Positions 38,089-46,159 of a stretch of DNA of 64,000 nt are shown here, piece by piece; the stretch's first letter is position 1; each line of letters opens with the position of its first letter. The translations under genes and the position numbers were made by a program. The stretch comes from Vulcanimicrobiaceae bacterium (GTDB taxonomy: Bacteria; Vulcanimicrobiota; Vulcanimicrobiia; Vulcanimicrobiales; Vulcanimicrobiaceae): assembly GCA_036488875.1 (NCBI GenBank), contig DASXGW010000013.1:105281-169280 (forward strand). The letters are read 5' to 3'. A model generated the notes under the pieces. That model did no database searches and was not told the DNA's origin. It was given only the letters and a program-made list of their open reading frames with translations.

Positions 38089-40008
38089 ATGGCGTCAGAG
38101 ACTCTGATTATTGTCGTCGGCGGTGACTACCTCGCGCTCGAGATCTGCAAAGAGATTCTAAAGACCGCGGGGCACGCGGTCGTGCTCATGTGGAAGCACG
38201 CCGACGAACGAGCTGGCCGCTTGATGCGGCACGAGACCGATCTTCTGGCCGAGGAGTTCGGCTACGACTTTACGTTTCTCAACGAGGACCCGACCGAGCC
38301 GGGCGCGCTGCGCCGTGCCGGGCTCGAACCCTCCGCCGGCCAGAGCGACGGCCGAAATTTCTGCGTCGTCACGGTCGCGCAAGACGACCGTCTCAACTTG
38401 CGCGTGGCGCTGCTGGCGCGCGATATCAACGAACGGGTTCGGGTGACCCTTCGCCAGTTCAATCCGCTGCTCGGCCACAAGATCCAAGAGGGCTTGCGTT
38501 ACAACTGCACGGCGATTTCGCCGGCGGCTCACGCGGCGGCAACCTACGCCGCCTCAGCCGTCGACGTGTCGTGCTTCTACGCACTGCCGTTTCCGACGCT
38601 CGAGTCGATGGTGGCACGCGTGGCGCACCGCCGAGAAGCGGGCATCGATCCCGGCACCGTTGCCGAAGAAGGCTCGGAGCTTTTCGGTTTTTGCGACCGG
38701 CGTGCGGCGGATTTTGGCGTCGCCGGACTGACGATTGTCGACGCGGAGACGCAACTGAGCGCGCGCGTCGTTTCGGTCGGCGGACGCGCCCCATTTCTCT
38801 GCCACGGCGAGGAAGAACATTTCGACGAGGAGCTCCTCGCGCGTCCGCTGGCCGGTGACGACCGAATCGTCGTGTTCGGACCCGTCGCAAAGCTCAAGGC
38901 GATCGGCCCGCAGTCATCGCAACGGCGCGGGATGCGGCGCGAGCGGCTGCGTTCGCAGTGGCGCGACGTGGTCTCAGGCATTCGCCGGATCGAACCCGTA
39001 CTGGGCACGGCGATTCTGATCAGCGTTATCTGCTACATCGCGTTCGTCGTATTCTTCTCGCGAACGATGCGGTGGGACGTTCCCGCGACGATGTATTTCG
39101 TCTTGACCACGATGACCACGGTCGGCTACGGCGACGTATCGCCCTGTAGAGGCTGCGAGCACGGCCCGATCGCGGCCGCGCAAGCTATTCCGCTCTTCGT
39201 GGACATGGCGGTCATGCTCGTCGGCGTCACGACGGTAGCGATTCTGACCGCATCGCTGACGTCGGCGCTCAACGCGGCCGCGCTTCGCCGCATTCGCGGC
39301 TTACGCCGCATCCATCGCAGCGGTCACGTGATCGTGTGCGGCGCCGGCAACGTTGGAACGCTGGTGATCGATTACTTACGTCAACTCGGCGAGCAAGTGG
39401 TGGTCGTTGAAAAGAACCCCGACAACCTGCTCATCGAACTCGCCCGCGATCGGAAGATCGACCTCTTGACGGGCGACGCCACCAATGACGAGACGATTAC
39501 CTACTGCGGCCCCGAACGCGCTAAGAGCCTCGTGGGCGTCACGAACAGCGACACGGCGAATCTCGAAACGGCGCTGGGCGCGCGGTCGCGCGTGCGCAGC
39601 ACGATCGACGCGGCGCTGCACATCGTCCTGCGCATCGACGATATGGCCTTTGGGAGGTCGATCAAACGCCATTTCGGCATCTCGTCGTTCTCGACGACGG
39701 AGCTCACGGCGCCCACGATCGCCGGTCTGGCACGCTTCGAAAGCACCCGCGGACGCTTCGAAATCTTTTCGGGCACCGACTACGAGCAGACGTTTCAACT
39801 CGCCGAGCGCTTCCAAGGGCCCGAGAACGCACCGCCGCCCGCCCCGCCCGAGCGCCCGGGATACAAGGTGCGCTGGGTGCCCCTGTACGCCTGGCGGGAG
39901 AGGGGGGCAGGCAAGGGAGAGGCGGTGCCGATACACAAGTTTGCGACTGAGGTCTACAGTGGGGATCGGCTACTTTTCATGGTCCCGCTGGACCAATTTA
40001 GCGAATAG
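38089..40008 (+). CDS. Potassium channel with RCK/TrkA-N-type domains on both sides of the pore
   Basis: Two-TM pore with selectivity filter TTVGYGD. The downstream Rossmann domain has HVIVCGAGNVGTLV. The ~300-aa N-terminal cytoplasmic region opens with the Rossmann-like LIIVVGGDYLAL. Confidence 0.85.
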   Translation: MASETLIIVVGGDYLALEICKEILKTAGHAVVLMWKHADERAGRLMRHETDLLAEEFGYDFTFLNEDPTEPGALRRAGLEPSAGQSDGRNFCVVTVAQDDRLNLRVALLARDINERVRVTLRQFNPLLGHKIQEGLRYNCTAISPAAHAAATYAASAVDVSCFYALPFPTLESMVARVAHRREAGIDPGTVAEEGSELFGFCDRRAADFGVAGLTIVDAETQLSARVVSVGGRAPFLCHGEEEHFDEELLARPLAGDDRIVVFGPVAKLKAIGPQSSQRRGMRRERLRSQWRDVVSGIRRIEPVLGTAILISVICYIAFVVFFSRTMRWDVPATMYFVLTTMTTVGYGDVSPCRGCEHGPIAAAQAIPLFVDMAVMLVGVTTVAILTASLTSALNAAALRRIRGLRRIHRSGHVIVCGAGNVGTLVIDYLRQLGEQVVVVEKNPDNLLIELARDRKIDLLTGDATNDETITYCGPERAKSLVGVTNSDTANLETALGARSRVRSTIDAALHIVLRIDDMAFGRSIKRHFGISSFSTTELTAPTIAGLARFESTRGRFEIFSGTDYEQTFQLAERFQGPENAPPPAPPERPGYKVRWVPLYAWRERGAGKGEAVPIHKFATEVYSGDRLLFMVPLDQFSE

Positions 40009-40034
40009 GTGAAGGGGGCGTTGTTATCGCGTCA

Positions 40035-40811
40035 GTGATGGCATCCACCATTCGCATGCGAGTGGTGGGTTCGAGTCCTTCGGTGCAGCGTCCGGGCCGG
40101 GCGTGCAGCAGCTATTTGTTGCGCTCGCGCGATGCGGCCGTGCTGCTGGACATCGGCAGCGGCGCGCTGGGAAATCTGCACCTGGCGATCGACTATCCGC
40201 AGCTCGATGCCGTGATCGTGTCGCACATGCACGCCGACCACTTTCTCGACATCATTCCCCTGCGGTACGGACTCAAGTACGGCCCGCTGCTTCGCGACGG
40301 CCGCATGCCGTTGTGGCTGCCTCCCGGCGGTTCGGACATTCTGCGCACGATCGCCAAGGCGTTCACAAACGAGGGTCCTAAGGACTTTCTCGACGAGGTC
40401 TTCGAGGTTCACGAGTACGACCCGTCGCAGCCGCTGGAAATCAATGACATGCGGTTAACGTTCCGGAGAACGCGTCACTACATCGACACGTTCGCCATTC
40501 GCGCCGATCGCGCAAACGCTTCCATCGTCTACTCCAGCGATACCGCGCCGTGCGACGCGGTCGAGGAACTCGCGCACGATTGCTCGCTGTTTATCTGTGA
40601 GGCGACGATCGGATTAGGGACCGAACAGGGCGTGCGCGGTCATCTTACCGCCGAGGAAGCCGGACAAATGGCAACGCGGGCGGGGGCGCACCGCCTGATC
40701 CTGACGCATTACGGCAGTACGTATGCGGCCGACGAACTCGAGGAAGCCGCGCAGATCGCCTTCAAGGGCCGCATCTCCATAGCCGACGACGGAGTCGAAC
40801 TCTCGCTGTAG
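40035..40811 (+). CDS. MBL-fold metallo-hydrolase (RNase Z/BN-like)
   Basis: VSHMHADHFLD (the HxHxDH motif). 258 aa. Confidence 0.8.
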   Translation: MMASTIRMRVVGSSPSVQRPGRACSSYLLRSRDAAVLLDIGSGALGNLHLAIDYPQLDAVIVSHMHADHFLDIIPLRYGLKYGPLLRDGRMPLWLPPGGSDILRTIAKAFTNEGPKDFLDEVFEVHEYDPSQPLEINDMRLTFRRTRHYIDTFAIRADRANASIVYSSDTAPCDAVEELAHDCSLFICEATIGLGTEQGVRGHLTAEEAGQMATRAGAHRLILTHYGSTYAADELEEAAQIAFKGRISIADDGVELSL

Positions 40812-40913
40812 AAGGGCTGATTTAGTCCAGCTCGTCGTCGGCTCGGGTCTCGTGTACCACAGTACACTTCGACCACTCGCCTCCTAGATCTGAACTAAAT
40901 CAGCCCTTCTACA
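40807..40913. repeat. 107-bp element bounded by a perfect 20-bp inverted repeat (TGTAGAAGGGCTGATTTAGT / ACTAAATCAGCCCTTCTACA) with an inner 6-bp hairpin
   Basis: The arms at 40807..40826 and 40894..40913 are exact reverse complements. The 67-nt spacer contains GTGTAC-caca-GTACAC (40852..40867). The element fills the gap between convergent genes, and the left arm contains the TAG stop at 40809..40811. It is locally AT-richer than its surroundings. Confidence 0.8.
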
Positions 40914-40916
40914 TTT

Positions 40917-41930
40917 TTACAGAATGCGGGCTCCCACGCACGCGGACAGTGCGTGCAGTTGGTGGATTGCCGCCGCTTGCAGCATCCTCACGACATTGCC
41001 TTCGTATCTCTGCAGCGCCGAGAGAATGTCGAGAAAACGGCGTCGATTGTAGAAAGCAATGCCATCGAAGACCTCATCGGCTTGCGAGATCGTCAGCTCC
41101 GCGCTCAAGAGCTTGCGAAAGACGGCGCGGGGTACGTCCATGGCGGTCGAGTCGCCCAGCATCACGTTGGTGAGCGTGACGATGTCGCCGTCGTCCTCGC
41201 GTCGCGGATAGCGAATGCCGTCGACCATCCGAACTGCGGCGGCATCGCGGTCGATGACCAGCCGTTTGTTGGCGTAGATGTCGACGGTGATCGCCAAGCT
41301 GTACCCGTACGGTGACCGATGCGCGAATCCGTAATGGAGTGCGACGGCCCACGCGTCGCGGACGTTGTAGCGCGCGAAGACTTCGGCCTCGAACGTTCCC
41401 GCCACCGTAACTCCGTCATCGGTTGCGTAGTCGCATCCGGTGGGCGAGTGGTTGACCAGTTCGAGTAACGGAGCGATATGCGGCTTGCCTCTGAAATAGA
41501 CGTCGCGCGTTTCGATATAGTTCTTGAGACACGCCTCGATCGTCGGGGCCTCGAATCGACTCTCCGGGTTGCCTACCGCGCCCATCGTGCAGATCCGGCG
41601 CTTGATCTCGTCGGGAAGTTCGTACCAGCCGGTCTGCTGCGCAGCGATCTCCTCGAAGAGACCGGCGCTCCATCCGAAGTGACGCTGATACGTCTCGAAG
41701 AACGCGCGTTCGCGGGCGCCGATTTTGCCGTGCGCGTTGACCGTCAGGCGGCCGTCGCGTACTTCGACGTCACTGATGGGAACCAGCAGATTGGGCGGGA
41801 CGTGAACGATCGCCGGTTTGGCCGGATCGAGAACGAGAACGCCGCGACCCGTTGCGCCTTCACCGATGCGGGCGTTTTCAAAAACCCCGCCCAGCGAGCG
41901 AAACTCAGCGAGCAGTTCTTCCGGGTTCAA
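40917..41930 (-). CDS. SET-domain-like protein (Rubisco-LSMT-type lysine methyltransferase fold)
   Basis: APLLELVNHS and EVFARYNVRDAWAVALHYGF resemble the NH(S) and YGF blocks of LSMT-type SET domains (recalled from memory). The ORF-track start at 42014 overlaps the pyrE-like gene by 88 nt. In-frame TTG 41930 gives a TTGA overlap. Confidence 0.6.
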   Translation of the reverse strand: MNPEELLAEFRSLGGVFENARIGEGATGRGVLVLDPAKPAIVHVPPNLLVPISDVEVRDGRLTVNAHGKIGARERAFFETYQRHFGWSAGLFEEIAAQQTGWYELPDEIKRRICTMGAVGNPESRFEAPTIEACLKNYIETRDVYFRGKPHIAPLLELVNHSPTGCDYATDDGVTVAGTFEAEVFARYNVRDAWAVALHYGFAHRSPYGYSLAITVDIYANKRLVIDRDAAAVRMVDGIRYPRREDDGDIVTLTNVMLGDSTAMDVPRAVFRKLLSAELTISQADEVFDGIAFYNRRRFLDILSALQRYEGNVVRMLQAAAIHQLHALSACVGARIL

Positions 41931-42496
41931 TTCTCCATGCGCGTCTCGGGACGCGGCAGCGAGAAGTGGATCAAAGCCCGCACCGGTGCCAATCCGCGAC
42001 TGACGACCGCGCACGGCGTGACGTGCAGCCCCAACTCTTCCAGACGCGCCGTCGCCGTCATCAGCTCGCGTCCGTTCGTGACGACGTCCTCCAGCAGCAG
42101 CACGGATTGCCCGTTCTCGTAGGGTCCCTCGACGTACTCGTTGGCGAACGCACCGTAGCCTTTCGGCTTCTTGCGCACCGCGATCATCGGAATCCCCGAC
42201 ATTTGTGAAACGGCGGTGGCGATCACCACGCCGCCCAGTTCCGTTCCGCCGATCAAATGGGGGTTGACCTCGGCGATGAGCGGCGTGAAGAGGCGCGCGA
42301 TTCGCCGCAAGACGTTGGGGTCGGAGAACAGGCTGAACTTGTCGATGTAGTAGTCGCTGCGCATCCCGCCCGCCAGAACGTAATCGCCGCGCGTGAGAGC
42401 GCGCTCGACGATAATCTTACGCAGCCAGACGAGTTCGGGCAGCGGACCGGTAGGACGATCGGGCTTCCCTAGATGCTCCATTGCCACGCGTTCCAC
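41927..42496 (-). CDS. pyrE: Orotate phosphoribosyltransferase-like type I PRTase
   Basis: PRPP-binding block VLLLEDVVTNGRE and IGGTELGGVVIA. About 185 aa. Alternative start ATG 42481. Confidence 0.75.
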   Translation of the reverse strand: MERVAMEHLGKPDRPTGPLPELVWLRKIIVERALTRGDYVLAGGMRSDYYIDKFSLFSDPNVLRRIARLFTPLIAEVNPHLIGGTELGGVVIATAVSQMSGIPMIAVRKKPKGYGAFANEYVEGPYENGQSVLLLEDVVTNGRELMTATARLEELGLHVTPCAVVSRGLAPVRALIHFSLPRPETRMEN

Positions 42497-44094
42497 GACT
42501 CTAGCACCGGGTTAGGATCGAAGCCCTTGAAGTCGATGCTGATCGGCTCCATCTGCCGCGTCCACCAGAAATAGATGTACGGATTGTCGCGCGCCACCAG
42601 CTGCTCGATCGTGCCGTACGCGTCCTTACGCTGCGCCTGGCCGTATTCGTTGAGTGCGCCCGTCTGCGCGCGCTGCATGTCTTGGTTGCAGTATCGCGAG
42701 TAGTTGTAGCCTCCGGGCGGCACGTTTTCGCACATCATCTGCGAGCTGTCGTCCGGATCGATTCCGGCATACCAGCCGGCCCACGATAAATCGAACTTGC
42801 CGAGCTGCAGGATGCCGCCCATTCCGGCCGGCGCGAAGAGTTGATCGCCCGGATAGTACTTGATCTCCATCTGGATGCCGACTTGGCGCAGCATTTGCTG
42901 GAGTTCGACGACGCCTTGACGCCGCGTCGCATTGGAGTTGTTCGAAACCGTAACGAGAATGAGCGGCTGACCGTCCTTGCGCACGATGCCGTCGGGGCCC
43001 GGAATCCAGCCGTCGCCGCGAAGCAGATCGCGCGCTTTTTGCGGATCGTGCGGAGCCGACTTCACCGACGGGTCGAAAGCCCACATCCAGTCCGGAATGT
43101 CCCCGGTCGCAACCTTCATCTGACCGTGCGTGAGCGTTTGAACGAGCTGATCTTTGTCGATCGCATAGGCGATCGCCTGACGCACGACCGGATCGCTCAC
43201 GTTAGGGCGCGACGTGTTGACCGTAAGATATTCGTAACCGTTGACGTTCACCCACACGAGCTTGATGTCCGCGACCGATTTGAGCGCCGGATACGTATTG
43301 GGTGAAGCTTGGAACATGTAGTCCACGGCGTGCGTCTTGAGCAAATTCACCGACGTATTCTCGTCTGGAATAATCTTGATCTCGATCCGGCGAAGCGCCG
43401 GAGTGCCCATGAAGAAATTGTCGTTACGCACCAGCGAGATATGATCGCCGTGCGACCACTCCGCGAAACGGAACGGCCCGTCGCTGACGCTGGGCTCGTT
43501 GTTGAATGGAATTTGATTGATGTCGGGATACTTCGAGAGCACGTGCGCGGGCGCCACGGGATACGGCTGGTCGCTCATGGCGAAGAAGGTGTTGACGAAC
43601 GGGGAGAAGCGCTGCTTGAGGTGTACGACCGCCGTATATTTGTCCGGCGTATCGATGCTCTTGACGAAGTCGTAGCCGTGGCGCGAGACGACGTTGTTGG
43701 CCGGATTCATGATCGCTTGCCACGACCACTTGACGTCCGTGGACGTCACCGGTACGCCGTCGCTCCACTTGGCGTCTTTGCGCAGGTGATAGGTAATCGT
43801 CAACCCGTCGGAGCTGATGCCGCCGTTGTCTTGCGACGGTACCACGAGCGCGAGGGCCGGAACGGGATTGCCTTTATCGTCCGCCCATAAGAGCGGTTCG
43901 TCCATGAGGAAGTCGATGAAACCGTCGGTCGTGTTCGAGTTGAGAAGCGGGTTGAGATTCTTAACGTCTTGCTGTATGGCAATTCGCAAGATCCCCGGAA
44001 CCGTGCCTGGAAGACGGCCTCCGCCGCCGTTGCCCACGCGACTGCAGGCAGCCAGCACGGCGAGAGCCAGCGCGCACGGTAAGGCGCGCTTCAT
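42469..44094 (-). CDS. ABC transporter substrate-binding lipoprotein, family 5 (peptide/nickel type)
   Basis: Start reset to ATG 44094 (ATGA overlap with the EF-G stop), giving MKRALPCALALAVLAACS (lipobox). 541 aa with family-5 SBP-like composition. The ORF-track extension is Arg-rich and overlaps the EF-G gene. Confidence 0.8.
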   Translation of the reverse strand: MKRALPCALALAVLAACSRVGNGGGGRLPGTVPGILRIAIQQDVKNLNPLLNSNTTDGFIDFLMDEPLLWADDKGNPVPALALVVPSQDNGGISSDGLTITYHLRKDAKWSDGVPVTSTDVKWSWQAIMNPANNVVSRHGYDFVKSIDTPDKYTAVVHLKQRFSPFVNTFFAMSDQPYPVAPAHVLSKYPDINQIPFNNEPSVSDGPFRFAEWSHGDHISLVRNDNFFMGTPALRRIEIKIIPDENTSVNLLKTHAVDYMFQASPNTYPALKSVADIKLVWVNVNGYEYLTVNTSRPNVSDPVVRQAIAYAIDKDQLVQTLTHGQMKVATGDIPDWMWAFDPSVKSAPHDPQKARDLLRGDGWIPGPDGIVRKDGQPLILVTVSNNSNATRRQGVVELQQMLRQVGIQMEIKYYPGDQLFAPAGMGGILQLGKFDLSWAGWYAGIDPDDSSQMMCENVPPGGYNYSRYCNQDMQRAQTGALNEYGQAQRKDAYGTIEQLVARDNPYIYFWWTRQMEPISIDFKGFDPNPVLESWNAWQWSI

Positions 44095-46127
44095 ACGGCC
44101 GCCTTTGGCGCTACGCGATTTCCGGGAACCGGATCGTAGCGCTCGTGACGCCATGAGTAGGTGCCCAGCCCCTGCGTCGCGGTGCGCAGCTCGGTGATGT
44201 AGCGCGCAAGCTCCACTTGCGGAACGTACGCTTCGACGACGTCGTATCCGCTGCGGTCGCTCGGATTCATACCGAGAATCTGTCCGCGCTTTCCGGTAAG
44301 CTGCGCAATGACGGTGGATGTATAGGTCGTCGGCACGGTGACCTGCACGTGCACGATAGGTTCGAGCACGACGGGATTGCACTTCGGCAGCGCTTCGCGC
44401 ACGCCCATCCCGGCCGCCGTCTTGAACGACTGCTCGCTGGAATCGACGTCGTGATACTGCCCGTCGAAGAGGACGACGTGCAAGTCGGTCACCGGATAAC
44501 CGCTGCTCCCATGAATAAGGGCTTCGCGCACCCCTTTTTCAACGGCTGGAATGAACTGCCGCGGAACGACGCCGCCGACGATCTTCTGTTCGAAGGTAAC
44601 GCCCGATCCGCGTTCGCGCGGCTCGAAGCGCAGCCAAACGTCGCCGAACTGTCCGTGTCCGCCGGTCTGATGTTTGTACCGAGAGTGAATCTCCGCACCG
44701 TTGGCGATCGTCTCGACGTAGGGAATCGTCGGCGGGGCTACGTCGACTTCCACCTTATATTTGCGCGCCAGCCGCTCGACGGCCATCGAGACGTGCTGCT
44801 CGCCGCGGCCGAGCAGCAGCAACTCGTGCGTGACGTCGGCGCGATCTAAACGCAGCGCCGGATCTTCGTCGACGATGCGTGCGAGCATCTGCGAGATCTT
44901 TGCTTCGTCGATGCGCTCCTTGGGCTTGATCGCGACGCCAAACACCGGTTCGGCAACCGCGACACGCGGCAGCAGCACCTTTTGCCCGTTCGACGTAAGC
45001 GTATCGCCGGTCGATACCGACTCGAGACGGCCGAACGCGACGATCGCACCGGGGCCGGCTTCCGGAATGGCTTCTTGCTTCTTGCCCTGCAGGCGGTAGA
45101 GTCCGCCGAGCCGCACTTTCTCGCCGTCCTTGCTGACGTTGGTCAGCGTCGCGTCAGATTTCACCGTGCCGCTGAGAATGCGCGCGACCGATACCTTGCC
45201 GCTCTGCGGATGAATCGACGTCTTGATGACGCGCGCGATCGCCGGACCCGAGGAATCGGGTTGAATCGGGCGGCCTTCGGCATCGACGTGCGGAGCGTCG
45301 GCCGGCGACGGGAACCATTTCTCTATCGCCCTCACTAATGCGGCGACGCCGGCGCCGGAGACGCCGGCTCCGACGAGCACCGGGACGATCTGATCGTGCG
45401 AGCACTCGCTGCACAGATCGCGCTCGACCTCGTCCATCGGCGGATCGATCCCCTCCAGAAGCTCTTCCATCAAATGGTCGTCGAAGTCGGCCATCGCTTC
45501 GAGCAGCTCGCCGCGGGCGCGCTGTACTTGGTCTTGGAGATCGCCGGGAATCGCGTCTTCGCGTTCCTTGTCTCCCTCAAACGTGCGGCCTTTGATCTCC
45601 GCGAGATCGACGTAACCGCGGAACTGTTCGGCGTTGCCGATCGGCCACTGTTCGGCGACGACGTGACGGCCGTAGGCTTCTTGTAATGCGGCGAGCGTTC
45701 CGGCGAAGTCGGCGCCGGGACGATCCATCTTGTTGATGACGAACAAGTGCGGCATCTTCGTCGACTCGAGGAGATCCACGATACCCTGCGTGTGCACGAC
45801 CCTGCCGGGATCGGCTTCGACGACGACGACCGCGGCATCGACGCCGGCGAGCGCGAGGCGCGTCTCTTCGAAGAAATCGATAAAGCCGGGACAGTCGACG
45901 ATGGTAATGTCGATTTCGTCCGCGGTCGTATGCGCGAACCCAACCGTCGTACTTTGGGCGTGGGCGGTGTCTTCGGGCTCGTGATCGGTGACGGTGGTAC
46001 CGTCGGCAATCGAGCCCCGGCGACCGATCGCGCCGGTATGTGCGAGGACCGCTTCAACGAGCGTCGTCTTTCCGCCGTGGTGCGGTCCGACGAATGCGAT
46101 ATTACGTAGGCGAGCGATGTCCGCCAT
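44091..46127 (-). CDS. Elongation factor G paralog (translational GTPase)
   Basis: G1 GPHHGGKTT, G3 DCPGFIDF, G4 NKMD, then EF-G domains II-V. 678 aa. GAGGAG sits upstream of the ATG. Confidence 0.85.
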   Translation of the reverse strand: MADIARLRNIAFVGPHHGGKTTLVEAVLAHTGAIGRRGSIADGTTVTDHEPEDTAHAQSTTVGFAHTTADEIDITIVDCPGFIDFFEETRLALAGVDAAVVVVEADPGRVVHTQGIVDLLESTKMPHLFVINKMDRPGADFAGTLAALQEAYGRHVVAEQWPIGNAEQFRGYVDLAEIKGRTFEGDKEREDAIPGDLQDQVQRARGELLEAMADFDDHLMEELLEGIDPPMDEVERDLCSECSHDQIVPVLVGAGVSGAGVAALVRAIEKWFPSPADAPHVDAEGRPIQPDSSGPAIARVIKTSIHPQSGKVSVARILSGTVKSDATLTNVSKDGEKVRLGGLYRLQGKKQEAIPEAGPGAIVAFGRLESVSTGDTLTSNGQKVLLPRVAVAEPVFGVAIKPKERIDEAKISQMLARIVDEDPALRLDRADVTHELLLLGRGEQHVSMAVERLARKYKVEVDVAPPTIPYVETIANGAEIHSRYKHQTGGHGQFGDVWLRFEPRERGSGVTFEQKIVGGVVPRQFIPAVEKGVREALIHGSSGYPVTDLHVVLFDGQYHDVDSSEQSFKTAAGMGVREALPKCNPVVLEPIVHVQVTVPTTYTSTVIAQLTGKRGQILGMNPSDRSGYDVVEAYVPQVELARYITELRTATQGLGTYSWRHERYDPVPGNRVAPKAAV

Positions 46128-46159
46128 CCCTACTCTCCTCTACGGTTGTTGGTGAAGCC

